DNA of 64,000 bases, from the NCBI GenBank assembly GCA_010405405.1, contig MU004237.1, positions 1,313,345-1,377,344 on the forward strand, given 5' to 3'. Numbering within the stretch: the first letter of the stretch is position 1; each line of letters starts with the position of its first letter. Below, piece by piece: positions 38,021-50,057 of the stretch. Under the pieces are notes generated by a model. The model saw nothing but the letters and a program-made list of their open reading frames with translations, had not been told where the DNA came from and made no database searches. Position numbers and translations under genes: made by a program. Source of the stretch: Microthyrium microscopicum. Lineage: Eukaryota.

Positions 38021-39768
38021 TTACAGCATGTATCGGAATGTGACCGCACGATCTCCCTGCTCACTGAGCTCCTGTTCCGTGTACTTGATGTGTTCTCCAT
38101 TGGCCATCTGTCGATCTCGCTTCTTATTGATCTTATCATAAGTATACGCCATGATACTGACAGTCACCAAGCCCAAAGCTACAAATCCAATCTCCAAAGC
38201 ATGTCCCAGGATATATCGTGGTCCATCTTTTGCTCTGTAGAAGTTTGCCGCCATTGCTACAAACAAGTCAGCATATATCTCACAACATTACACCTTGAAC
38301 TTACCGCCAGCCAAATTCCCACCAGCAAAATGAATCCCCGTTCCAGCCGCCCGCTTCGAATTCGGCGCCAAGTTATTACTTATCAGCGAAATGTTGCCTG
38401 GATGTGCTCCATATACACCAGCAGCCGCAAGGAAGATACCCGTATACACCACCGCCGGCTGAGCCGTCGAAATACACATGATGAAGCCTACCAGAATGGC
38501 AACATGGCTACCAGCGATGAGTGGTGTCCGCTTCTTGATTCGGTCGGCACTCCAAGCGACCACAATGCCGACCGTAGCGGCAAATATGTAAACTGGCACA
38601 GTCATCAGCTGTGCCGTCGTCTTCTTGAATCCTAAATCATTGATAATTGTCGGGAGAAAAAGACTGATGCCGTAGAGCGGTGCCACACAACTCCAAAACA
38701 GAACCACACCCATCCAGACTTGCCAATCACAAAAAGCCGCCCTAATCGCAGGCCATGAGAAATCGTCGTTGGCTTCTACGCCCTTATTCTGGCCATTTGG
38801 ATTCTCCTTGATGACATTCTGATACTTCAATCTCTCAATCGTAAACGCCCTCTCTTCCTCAGTCAAGAACGTAGCTTTCTCAGGATAGTCAGAGACGCCC
38901 CAGAAGGCGAGGAGAGCAACGAGGACAGTCAAAATGCCTTCGAGGATGAAGATCCAGCGCCAGCCTTCCAGTCCGCGCGTGCCGTGCATGAAGCTGATGG
39001 CGTAGGCGAGAAGACCGCTGAAAGCACCGGCGGCGCCGGCGGCGGAGAAGAAGAGACCGACGCGGAATTGGAGTTCGCTGCGGCGGTACCAGCGGGAGAG
39101 GTAGTATATTACGCCTATAGCACGGTTAGTTTGGATGTGGATGTGGGAAGGGTGGGTGGACGGACCGGGCTTGAGGCCGGCTTCTGCGACACCGAGGAAG
39201 AAACGGGCGGCGATGAGACCGCTGTAGTTTTGGACGAAACCCATGGATATCATGACGATGCCCCAAGCAACCTAGAAAAGGTTAGATGCCTCTGTGGTGT
39301 GCTGGGATAGAAGAACATACCATCGTGCCTGGTAGCCAGATGGATGGTTTCATCTTCTTAAGGATGATATTGCATGGAATTTCGAATAGAGAGTAAGTGA
39401 AGAAGAACACAGTCAAACACCAGTTATACTGTGCTGGCGTCAAGTTCAACGACTTGTCGAGGCCTTCGATTTTGGCATTTCCCTGGCCTGTTAGTATCTG
39501 CGAACAAGCTGCAAAAACGCCAAATCAAACTTACAATATTTGCTCGATCGATGAACGAGAGTAGATACAACAGCGTAAGAATCGGTATAATATGCCAGTC
39601 GATCTTCCTCAGTAACTTCTTCTCATCGATGCCAGGAAACGGATTATCCTTCTCTTTGACTGTCTCATCAGCCTCTTGCTTGATGACAGTGACTTCAGTG
39701 ATTCCGGAAGAATCCTCTTTACTCGAGGTCTTCGCCTCCTCTTGATCCGTCTCTACAGAGCGAGCCAT
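38021..39768 (-). CDS. MFS transporter, anion:cation symporter (Tna1/Dal5-like) family, multi-exon
   Basis: KLLRKIDWHIIP, LSFIDRANI, RFFLGVAEAG, GWRWIFILEG, NNLAPNSKRA, terminal FRYML. An upstream in-frame ATG at 39888 is an alternative start. Confidence 0.9.
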
Positions 39769-40576
39769 CTTGGGAGCAGAGCGACCAGTGACGTTATCAG
39801 TATGAGCAGGCTGGGAAGTTTTGGTAGCAGTATTGGCCCAGTGACGATTCCTTGATGCTGTCGTGCCGGCTGATAACATTACAGACATGATGAAAATATA
39901 TTTTCAGGCGCTGACGTGCTCCGATGACGGGAACCACCGAACCAAACTATTTATGTCTCCCCCAAAAGCATATGAGTAATTTCTACCTGAACCCTTGTGG
40001 GTGGTTGGCGAGTCTATGGTGGACCACTGTTGCGACTTGGATGCCTGATATATGGCGCTTGGAACTACTATGAATGTCACGAACTTCTTCTAGTGCCTTG
40101 AATAAGGAGTAGAGACTGTTGGAAGTGAGATCTTTCCAACTAGCTGGAAAACTGATCGTTGTATCTTTTTAGACATCCCATTACATGTTTCGACCTCGTA
40201 CAAACGACCTTGAGAGGGCCAAAATTCACGTTCGGTGGCGAGGCTGTTCATACATACTAAAAATTATGCCAAGACATATAAGTTGTATAGAGCGGCTTGT
40301 AGCTGCTCGGCATAGAATATCTGGGGCATTTATAGAGATAATCTGGTACAGTGACGTTAGCAAGATCTTGCATATATCGATAAAGTGAAAAGACCACGAA
40401 CCTTTCGACCCACATGAAGCAGTGAGAGAAACCAAATCCTAGATCAAATACGCAAAATTGAAGAAACGGTTTCAAATCTTCCCTACTCTGAAACTACTAT
40501 AAATAATCTCAGAAAAGCTCAGTGACGTACTTTTACCGGCCAGTGACCTGTTCAATCTTTGATATATACCCATCTC

Positions 40577-43078
40577 TCAAGCACCCAGCGCAACAGCAAT
40601 CTCCCCAATAATCCCTCCAATCTCCGCATCGCCATTCCTAACCGCACCCTCCAACGTCGCCGCTAACGCACTCACCCTCCTCACACCATCCGCCGCCCTC
40701 CTCCCAGCACTTCCCTCCGCACAAACACAATTCCGTACCGCTACTGCAGCCCTGAGTCTGACTTCCGCACTCTCATCGCCCACCGCACCAACTAGTCTCT
40801 CCATACCTTTATCTATACCAATCAGGGATTCGACCACTTCGCCATACTCGCTCACCATCGCCAATGCACCCGCCGCAGCCCGTCTCGTCGCCATATCTTC
40901 CGCATCAGTAAGCGCTAGCATAAGCTGTAGACGTGCAGGTCCACGCGCGCCAGTGAATTGTGCGGCACCCGCAGGCGCAGAGCATAAATTACACAGCAAT
41001 TCAGTGGCGGCGCGTTGGACGAGGGTGTTGGTACTGAGCATCAAGTCGTCGAGGGCTGTCATGGCGAGGCGGGTGATGGCTGTGCAGATTGGCTCGGAGA
41101 CGGAGGCGAGGTTCGTGAGGGCGAGGAGTGCTTCGAAGGTTGGGAGGAGGGTTCGTGGTGGCTCTGCGTTGGATGATGATTCTGTGAAGGAAGTCGGCGA
41201 GTCAGGAGTGAGGAGGGAAGTTAGGGGTCTGATGGTGGATGATATTGATGGGGAGGCAGAAGTGAATGCGTGCAATGGGTTGACGGATATGAGAATGCGG
41301 GCGATGGCATGGGATGCAGTGAGGGCAACGGTGGTAGCGTTAGGTGGTGGGGAAGGAGTTGATGTGAGGCGATCATGGGCTTGGAGGAGGAATTTGAGCG
41401 CCCCTTGTTGGGCGAGGGTGCCGCGGTGTGTTTTTTCTTTGGCGAGAGAGTTTAAGATCTGGATGGCGAGGAGGAGGGTGGAGTTGGTGAGGGTCTTGGA
41501 ATGGGTGTTGAAAAGAGGTACGATGCCGGCTTTGAGAACTTGGATACAGCGAGTTGAGACCTTTGCATCGTCATCTAGAGGATCCAATGCAGAGGGTTTT
41601 GCGCTGTTGGCATATGCTTTTAATTCACTGAGCTTCTTTTGCTCTTCTGAAAGTACAGGACGATACGTGGTGAGGTTTGCCACAATCGTGAGTCCACCAA
41701 ATAATGCTGACGATGAGTATGTTTTGTCATCCATGACTGCTACCAAGCTCTTTAAGAATGTAGGATCTCCAGCGAGCTTATCTTTTGCCCAGGGTTTCAT
41801 GGAAGCATATGCTAGTCCTTCTAGTGCTGAGGATTTTGAGCTACTATCGCTCTTGAAATCGGCGATTATTTCTCGGAATCTGTCCATGCGATCTTCTTGA
41901 GCACTTATATCCTCAATTGCATTGGGGTTGGGTTTATTCTCACCCTCTGATTTAGCATCCTTGATCTTCTCCAACACCAAGTTCGCAGTAGTCACTTGAG
42001 ACATTCGTCGTGGATCCGTATTAGTTCCAGCAGTCTTCATCTTCTCAAGCCATTCTGGGCAGTATTTCGTAATGGCTTCTCGACAACGAGCATCCATACA
42101 TGCAGCATTGAGGAGTTCGAGAGCAGCTTGTTCCACACGATACGACTTCCACTTGTTGATCAGCTTAAGAAAGTTGGGTAGAAATCCAGCCGTGAGGAAC
42201 AATTCGGCAGCGGCATCTGGAGCCATTGGGAACACGGCAGCGGCTGCTGAGAATGATTGAATCATCTTGTCGTGGGTTGGTTTCTCAACTCTTTGAACGA
42301 CATATTGAGCAATAAGCTGTTTTGCCGTATCAGGCGACAGTTCCAGTAACTTGACGCAGGCCAAAGTGGCGAAACCACGCAGCGTTTGGGGTAGTCTAAT
42401 GTCAAAGTTGGAACAAATGACATCGAAACCGTCAGCGTCGATAAGGCCATTGAGATTTTTTGCTTCAGCGCCTAGAAGCCGAGAGAGAGCTTTCATAGCA
42501 CGCTCTGGAAAGTCTTGACCAGCTTTCATGAGTTGAGCTAAGCAGAGTTGAAAGACGTCTCGCTCGGCAGCAATGCGATCTTTCTCAGTGGGCCAGGATT
42601 TAGGATCGAGAAGCATATCTGTTTGACCATCGGAAGAGTCATCGCCGCGCTCGAATATGGTGTTGAATGTTACAGTTGGCGTCTTGATTAGAGCTGCAGC
42701 TAGAACATCTCGGGCTCCAGATGTCTTCAAGAGAGCGCCAGTAGTTTCATCAGCAATATCTTCATCGCCAGTATATTTCATGAGAATTTCCATGGTCTTT
42801 GAGAGATTCTCCTGTGTAGCAGATGGATGTTTGACGAGATAGTCATTGAGAGCGTATCCATCGGTATCGTCTCCGGAGGCTAGGAACTTCTGAGCAAGAG
42901 CTGGCAAGGCGGGGCCATCATCTTCTTTGCGGAGCTTCTCCCAGGCTTCTTTGACGGTTGTGTTGGATTCATCGATGGAAGAAGCTTCGCGAAGCTTGCG
43001 GGATGCAGCTTCGAGTTGCCCTTCATCGATTAGTGCGATGGCCTCTTTGGCGCGGGATTCAGCCTCTTGAGATGCCAT
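40577..43078 (-). CDS. SHE4: UCS-domain myosin co-chaperone (She4/CRO1/Rng3; UNC-45-like)
   Basis: LEGLAYAS, RGTLAQQGA, AIARILISVNP, FEALLALTNLAS, VQRAATELLCNL, TRRAAAGALAM. Confidence 0.92.
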   Translation of the reverse strand: MASQEAESRAKEAIALIDEGQLEAASRKLREASSIDESNTTVKEAWEKLRKEDDGPALPALAQKFLASGDDTDGYALNDYLVKHPSATQENLSKTMEILMKYTGDEDIADETTGALLKTSGARDVLAAALIKTPTVTFNTIFERGDDSSDGQTDMLLDPKSWPTEKDRIAAERDVFQLCLAQLMKAGQDFPERAMKALSRLLGAEAKNLNGLIDADGFDVICSNFDIRLPQTLRGFATLACVKLLELSPDTAKQLIAQYVVQRVEKPTHDKMIQSFSAAAAVFPMAPDAAAELFLTAGFLPNFLKLINKWKSYRVEQAALELLNAACMDARCREAITKYCPEWLEKMKTAGTNTDPRRMSQVTTANLVLEKIKDAKSEGENKPNPNAIEDISAQEDRMDRFREIIADFKSDSSSKSSALEGLAYASMKPWAKDKLAGDPTFLKSLVAVMDDKTYSSSALFGGLTIVANLTTYRPVLSEEQKKLSELKAYANSAKPSALDPLDDDAKVSTRCIQVLKAGIVPLFNTHSKTLTNSTLLLAIQILNSLAKEKTHRGTLAQQGALKFLLQAHDRLTSTPSPPPNATTVALTASHAIARILISVNPLHAFTSASPSISSTIRPLTSLLTPDSPTSFTESSSNAEPPRTLLPTFEALLALTNLASVSEPICTAITRLAMTALDDLMLSTNTLVQRAATELLCNLCSAPAGAAQFTGARGPARLQLMLALTDAEDMATRRAAAGALAMVSEYGEVVESLIGIDKGMERLVGAVGDESAEVRLRAAVAVRNCVCAEGSAGRRAADGVRRVSALAATLEGAVRNGDAEIGGIIGEIAVALGA

Positions 43079-43842
43079 GGTGGGTTGTTGAATTGTTATG
43101 GGTTGACTGGACCGGAAGTTTAGAATAGCATGGTTAATTTCGCCCTTTGCAAGAGCTACCGGATTTGTGTTACAGGCAATCAGTAGGTAGATCCTGTCAA
43201 CCTGTCAGGCGAAGGAGCAATCAAGATCAAGATGTTGATGGATGCTCTGTGTGGGATGGGGCTTCTAGATGTAGTTGAGAGGCCATCGGATGCCCTTGTC
43301 CATGCTCCAGGTCAGTTTAAGATGGCACAAATTGGCGCGTCACGAGGCGAGCTGCAGCGGTGCATGCACAGTTTGGGGTACAGGAAACGTCAAATCATTA
43401 ATGATATAGTCTACAAATTGCCATCTGCAGAAAATGTGGACTTCAAGCGGTGTAGATGCTTAGCAAATCATGCATTATTGTGTGCACAAAGACATAATTT
43501 GAACTTATTGCCAGATGGAGTTGAGACGCAAGCGATGCTGACCCCACACCCCACTCTGCATCTCCATCAGCCCAGGCCAAGAGTGATATACAGCTCATAT
43601 GCCTCCCATAGGCCCTGTAGCTTTGTAGCCATTTTCAGATGACGGAGGGCCCCGAGATGCTAGGAGAGGATGCTAACTCGGCATCTCTCAGTGAAGCCAG
43701 TTCCTCTGTTATGGCATCTTGGTTGACAAGAGTGTCCCTTCGAGCCATCAGATCTTTCCATGCCATCAAGTCGATTTGTCAATGCCAATATCACATCGCC
43801 CGGGGCGTAGTTCAAGATGTAGATCTTCAACGCAGTGTAACA

Positions 43843-44576
43843 TCAGCCTCGAAGCGCCTCCAGCCGGTTCCTCATATCTGCCATGGACTCCTCTTGCTCC
43901 ACATCTTCCTCAACAGCAACAGGTGCCGATGGCAAATCGTGTTCTTCTTGTGCCACTTGAGGTGTTTTGTCCTTGAGAATCTCTCCAAGAACCTTCTCGA
44001 CCTCCTCCTCTGTTTCATCATAGTCATCTTCCATCAATTCGTCGCCTGGTAGCATATCGCCCACCATTTCTTCAACAATCCCAGCCTTTACCAGCTCTTG
44101 GCTAAGCTCTCTCATTGTGCCCATGAGTTCTGGCAGTCGCACTAGACTGTTGACTTCCTTCATTATGCCGGTTGACGTTCTGATGCTGCCTTCAATCTTT
44201 CGTACTGCGAAAGCCTCATTGACCTGCATCTTGACGCTTTCCAGTTGTGCTTTGCTGGTATGTAATCGGTTGTTCTGCTTCCGGACTTTTATGAGTTCTC
44301 GGGCGAATAGCTTGGTTTCTTTTATGGCTTGTGTCTTCTGTGAGGGATTTCGTTGGGCGCGTTTAGAGGCTTGTATGATAAGGTTTCTAGTTTTGAATTC
44401 GGTCTGCTTGAGATTCGCGATGTCTCGGTCTAACAGGCGGGTATTCTTCCGGATCAGAGCATTGCATTTCTGCTTCTGTTGACTGGCTGTTAGTAGAAGC
44501 AAGCAACGTATGGGAATGGAGGTATTACCTGCTCTTGAGGCGTCGGCCCAAAAAAGAATGACCGGACTTGCTGCAT
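43843..44576 (-). CDS. VPS24: ESCRT-III subunit Vps24/CHMP3 (2 exons)
   Basis: Exon 1 MQQVRSFFFGPTPQEQ; then KCNALIRKNTRLLDRDI, SKAQLESVKMQVNEAF, ELVKAGIVEEM and C-terminal MIM MRNRLEALRG. Confidence 0.93.
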
Positions 44577-45358
44577 GTTGCAAGTTTGAAATGCGTTTTG
44601 CGCGCACCCGGTGGAGATGTGGTGAGAGAGATATGCCGGAAAAGTTGAGGACAGTAGAGTGTTGTAGTCTTTGGAGGGATATGCGCGCAGGTGACTTTCG
44701 ACGTAGACTTGCAGGGTGACGCTAGACAGTGAAGAGTAACCCGATATGCTGGTAGCTGGGAAGGAGGGGAGATGTGTTGCTGCTATGTGCTGTGTAATGT
44801 GTAGGTTCAAACGTTGTCTGCCTGAACTGGATGGTCAATACGGAACTACGTAGGGAGCGTTGCCGCTGAGGAACAGAACTGGCGGCTACGCGACTAAGAA
44901 TAACCGCGGGGAGTAGCTTGGCTGATTATGGTTAAATTAGGTCATCAATTCTAGCTCGGTGATTGGCTGCATTCAAAATCCCCCACATCGTCTCTTTTCG
45001 CTTCTCTCTCTTCCCACTTGGAGTTAGAATCATCAATCAAGACACAAATACATACACACCCTCCCATTGCTTCTTTTGTTCCTGACAATTATTTGTCCCA
45101 CAATACCAGCAACGGGAACTTACCTCTCTCTTTCAGCCTTGTGAAAGTGCAATTGCCCAAGATTGCATCTGCAGGAAAGGGCGCATCCAAGCTTCAAGAG
45201 GCCAGCATCGTGACTTCTACCACGTTCCATTAAATTCCCAGCCTCGCCAACGTCATTAAACTACAAAACTTTTCCATTTCCCATACCACTCCCCTATCAA
45301 ACTCGCTCCGCCCACGAGTCTTTCCCGCTACACATAACCAACATTAACACAACTCATC

Positions 45359-46120
45359 ATGGCCAGCTCTGTCCATCCTGAAGGTTAGTTGGTTGCCTGC
45401 TGCGAGAGCTGCGCAAATCTCAAAATTTCCATATCTCGAAATGCTAATAACAACCAGTTCTCTGGGCCCAGCGCTCATCCACCTCCGACCCCGAGAAGAA
45501 CTACGTCTACTTGACAATTACCGCTCCCGATGTTCCCAAGTCAGACCTTAAACTCGATATCGAGGGCGCCAAGCTCAGCTTCTCTGGAAAATCCAAGACC
45601 AAAGGTCTCACCTATGCTATCGATATCGAATTCTTTGACGAAGTCGATCCCGCCGAGAGCAAAATCAACCATACCGATAAGAACATCGAAATGGTACTAA
45701 GGAAGAAGGATCTCAAGGAGGAATTCTGGCCACGACTTTTGAAGGATAAGGCCAAGGTTCACTGGCTCAAAACTGATTTCGACAAGGTCCGTCCCTTTTG
45801 ATTATTTATATATAATGTTTCCCATACTAACATCTATCTAGTGGGTTGATGAGGATGAACAAGATCCCGAGCAAGACGAAGATTACATGCAAAAGGCTGG
45901 TGGTCTTGGCGGTGACGGCGGATTTGAAGGAATAGACTTCAGCAAATTCGGCGCCGGTCCAGGCGGTCCAGGAGGAATGCCCGGCATGGAAGGCATGGAA
46001 GGCCTAGAAGGCATGGGAGACGAGGAAGATGAGGACGACGACGATGATGATGAGATGCCCGCACTGGAGGGTGAGGAAACCGCCGGCAAGGCGCATCCCG
46101 GCATCGAAGAGGTTGAATAA
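45359..46120 (+). CDS. SBA1: Hsp90 co-chaperone p23 (Sba1/Wos2), 3 exons
   Basis: MASSVHPE/VLWAQRS, EFWPRLLK, WLKTDFDK/WVDEDEQ, GM-rich and acidic tail. Confidence 0.93.
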
Positions 46121-46344
46121 ATCATGAGAACACCGAGTGCGCGAACGAGCTTATATCCCAAACTTAACGAGAGCACGGTGTTGGAACATGTGCCATACAA
46201 TACGTTGGCATTGCACAAACCCCGAGACTATACCTGGTCGATCCGATATAAAAATTCAAAGTTTACGGTCTCAATTGTAAATGTCAAGTTCTATATGGGT
46301 ATCATGATGCTGCGCTGTAAATGCTGTAACCAAGAACATCATCC

Positions 46345-47244
46345 TCAACGGTTCTGGTTGAAATTCATGTTATACCCGCCCGTATTCTCATCCTTGACCA
46401 TATTGAAGTTATCCGTCGACAACCCAAATGGCTTCAACAGTCCATTGCCCAGCTGCTTCAATTTGCCCATCATCTCGCCCATCTCCTTCTGCTTCGCCTC
46501 GTCCAGTTTCTGCGGCAAACTTCGCAGCGCCGTCTGTACTGTCTTGCGATCCGCTGGCGCCAGTATCGAATAGCCATCCAGCGTCTTGTAATCTACAATC
46601 CCACCATCAGCAAACACATTACCAGAAGTTGAGAACAACAGACCTTCCTGCGCACCCGCCAACGCCGCCCACCCACCCTCCTCCGTCCGCGCCTTGGCCC
46701 TTCGAAGCAACAACTTCATGCGTATCCTCAGCACATCTTGCTCAGTGTACTTCATATCCGCCATCTTAGCTTCCTGCTCATCACTAACCTCCACTACCCT
46801 CTCTTCCCCATTGCCACCTTTACCACCCTCCCCTCTCCCCTTACCATCCCCATCTTTCCCTCCCCCCTCTTTACCACCGAGCCCGTATTCCACCTCATAG
46901 TCCCCCAACCGTTCCAATCCCTTATCAGCCTCCTCCACCGCCCTCTTCCACTCGCCCATACGTACCAGACACGCTGCCATATTACTCCTCAGCACGGCAT
47001 GTTCGTAGTGTGTATACGAAGGTAGTTCTGCTAGCGAGCGTTCGTAGGTGTTTAGGGCGGCGTCGTAGTCGCTTATGGTGAAGAGGGAGTTTGCTTGGGC
47101 TTTTAGGAGGGTTGAGGATGCGAGCATGGTGGTTTCGGTTGAGGGTGGGAAGCGTTCGATTGCGGGTGGGAGATTTGGCGGTGGTGGCGGTGGTGGGGGA
47201 GAAGGTGGCGAGGAAGGATCTTTGGGGTCTGTTGGGGTAGACAT
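46345..47244 (-). CDS. TTC1-like tetratricopeptide repeat protein
   Basis: TPR motifs; C-terminal EMMGKLKQLGNGLLKPFGLSTDNFNMVKDENTGGYNMNF typical of TTC1; probable in-frame intron at about 46593-46643. Confidence 0.88.
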   Translation of the reverse strand: MSTPTDPKDPSSPPSPPPPPPPPNLPPAIERFPPSTETTMLASSTLLKAQANSLFTISDYDAALNTYERSLAELPSYTHYEHAVLRSNMAACLVRMGEWKRAVEEADKGLERLGDYEVEYGLGGKEGGGKDGDGKGRGEGGKGGNGEERVVEVSDEQEAKMADMKYTEQDVLRIRMKLLLRRAKARTEEGGWAALAGAQEGLLFSTSGNVFADGGIVDYKTLDGYSILAPADRKTVQTALRSLPQKLDEAKQKEMGEMMGKLKQLGNGLLKPFGLSTDNFNMVKDENTGGYNMNFNQNR

Positions 47245-47685
47245 TTTATATTGTCTATGTTTTGGTGTGGTTTATGTCGCGGGTCTGGAGAGGGGGGATT
47301 GCTGCTTGATGTTGGGAGAGGTGTGGTCAGGTTTTGGTGGTGGGGAGAGGTTTGGAGATGTTGTTGTAGAGTACTCTATGGAAGGGCATAAAATATTCTA
47401 GAGTAGCATTTGATCGCAGCAATTTATATAGGGATATTATTATTCTTTTCGCCTCAAAAAGATAATTCTCTGACTTATTATCTATTGGTTTGCAAAAGAA
47501 TCATTGATATTTAAACTGTTGAAAAAACTTTTATTGCATTACTACCTCCAGATGCAGTATTTACTGCATGTAACGCTTGGGTATTTAACTAAGATTAAAC
47601 AGTAGCCGAGAAGGACTTTCTCGCTTCTCCAGAGATCCTCACCTTTATGTTCTAGTTTGATGTAGTACATGTGTATCCTATCCTA

Positions 47686-49490
47686 TCATACTGCAACAAT
47701 CGACCCAACTCTTCGCGCAACATCAACGGCGCCTTCTTCCAGAATAGGTCCTCTATACTCCCGTCTGCCAGCAATAAAGTACCAAATGACACTGAAGATC
47801 AAGACACCACCCGTAACAACAACTGAGTAGTTCATCGTGTTCGCAGTGACAGGTGTCTCTGGTGGCCAGACCGACCAAAAGATGACAAAGACCATATATG
47901 TACACGCATAAGCGTTGTTGATTATACCTAAGATGCCAGGAATCTTCCAAGGACCCCAGATGAGCCTCATGCTAAAGTCCTGGGCGGCCATGGGGACGGC
48001 TTCTGTCACGACCTTTTCGTTGTCGCCGATGGGAAGGTCTTCGGGCTCGCTTTCCTCGAGCATACCTTGGTACGGGGCAATGTTTCCTTTGACTCGATGA
48101 TAGAGTAGCAACGCGCAAGGGACGAGATAGGAACCATAGAAGCCAGTGATTGTCAAGGAGATGACATCGTTAAACGCAGTCGGAGATCCAATGTAGATGA
48201 GAGCGAGCAGGGCGGCCAAAATGGCTACGAAGCCGACAGCCCAAACGGGGATTCGAGTGTTGTTGGTAACTCGGCTGAGATGACGGTGACCCGGCATTCC
48301 CTTATCACGTGCGAAAGACCAGGTCATTCGGCTTGCTGTTGTGGTGATTCCGTTCGCGCATGCCCAAGTGAGAACTAGGACGATAGCACCCATTGCGATA
48401 GCGCCTGATTGGTTCTTGACGCTGTTGTAGAAAATCTGCATGAAAGGAAACGCAGTTTTGGTGGCGAGGACACTCGCTGGGTCACCCAGACAGAAGAGTA
48501 TGGTGATCATCATGCCGAACCCAATCAGACCGTTGACAATCATGCCTGCAACGATAGCTCGGGGGATGTTGATGTTTGCATTCGATGTCTCCTCTGCCAT
48601 ATGAACAGACGCATCGGCACCGACAAACGTAGCAACGTTTCCAAGAAATCCAACGCAGTATGATAGTCCTTGCGTAGGCCAGCCTCCCGTGTTCAGCGTC
48701 GATGTGAAAACAGAAGCCGCAGAGCCGATGTCTGAGGTCTTTAGCAAAGCGGCCATGATTGCAATGAAGCCAGCTAGGTGAAGAATCATCATGGCGACTT
48801 GAAATTTTGGTAGCAGCGCTGGGATGAGAGTGTTGATCGAGACATTGACGACGATGACCAACCAGGTAAGGAGGGTACCTTGCCATTCCGTGGAGACATA
48901 GTTGGGATAGTTGAGAATCAGGAGTCCTTGGATCATGGTACCCGCGAAAAGACTTTCTGTTGCAACAGTTGCGACCCAAGCCAAAGATGTCAACCAGCCG
49001 ATCATGTAACTGGATATTTTCTTATATTTCGCTGGCGCAAGCATATATCTGAGTGTATTAGCTACTAGCATATAGCATATAGATTGTAAGGCTGACTTGA
49101 TCCAGTCGTATACTTACACCCAAAAATATTGCCCACATGCAATAGGAGCCATAGATGCTAATTCAGATATGCATATGTACACCGATCTATTCACAAGTAA
49201 GCCAGACACATCTTCACAAAGCATCAAGGTTGCACCAACAGGGTAGAAAGCCATGCAATCAAGAAACCATACACCAACGCTGCAGGACCACCATTGTTGA
49301 ATCCCTGACTGAACAAAGCCAGAACAGTCTCCCAGGTAATGAGCTCGCAGACAGCAAATGCAAAGAGCGACCAGAAGCCAAATCGACGTTTGAGAGTCTG
49401 CTTCTTACCCAGCAAGGCCAAGGTATCACTATCTGTCGACACTCTACTTCCCCGTCGGCCCGTCCCAGGGGCTACCGAGAGTTTGGTCAT
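47686..49490 (-). CDS. Amino-acid/choline/GABA permease (APC superfamily), multi-exon; start uncertain
   Basis: LALLGKKQTLKRRFG, NGGPAALVYG, GADASVHMAEE, SRMTWSFARDKG, MNYSVV; about 12 hydrophobic segments. Confidence 0.9.
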
Positions 49491-50057
49491 TCGCTTTTGG
49501 TCGACGATTTGACTGGTTCAAAGCGTTTTGGTGAAGAGGGAGTTTTTACTGGACCCGAAACAGGTCTAGATGTGACGGTTTCAAGGGCAAATCCGGAGCG
49601 GAACCATCCACTGTAATGTGGCAAGCTGGAACACTACCGACAACGCGTGTAATGTACCTATCAGGCCTGGTTGATAGGCACGTGGAAAATTATGCTGATT
49701 TCTGGGGATTTGCTAGATAAAGAGGAAGTACAGTGGAGATACTTAAAGACCAGGGATTTGATTGATTTTGCAAGGCTGGATTGAATTGTTATTCCCGACG
49801 TCGGACACAAAGGGACAAGAGGGGGACGTAAAAATTTGAGGGTATGCATGACTCGAGAACCAGATTCTTGATTTCTTCAAGCTACTCGCTAGTACACTTT
49901 GGCTAATAAATTAATGATAATTGTACGATATGACAATGTTGTCAAGATTTGAAGAGCTTGACAATCATACTGGAAGATATCACATCAGAATCAAACTTTC
50001 AAGACACCCGACGCGTGACGAGATTGATGAGGTTGAAGGTAACAGGTACCTAAGTAT

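Noticed and set aside
40953..41900. 315-aa + strand ORF
   Set aside because: Antisense to She4; explained by G-rich skew suppressing stop codons.
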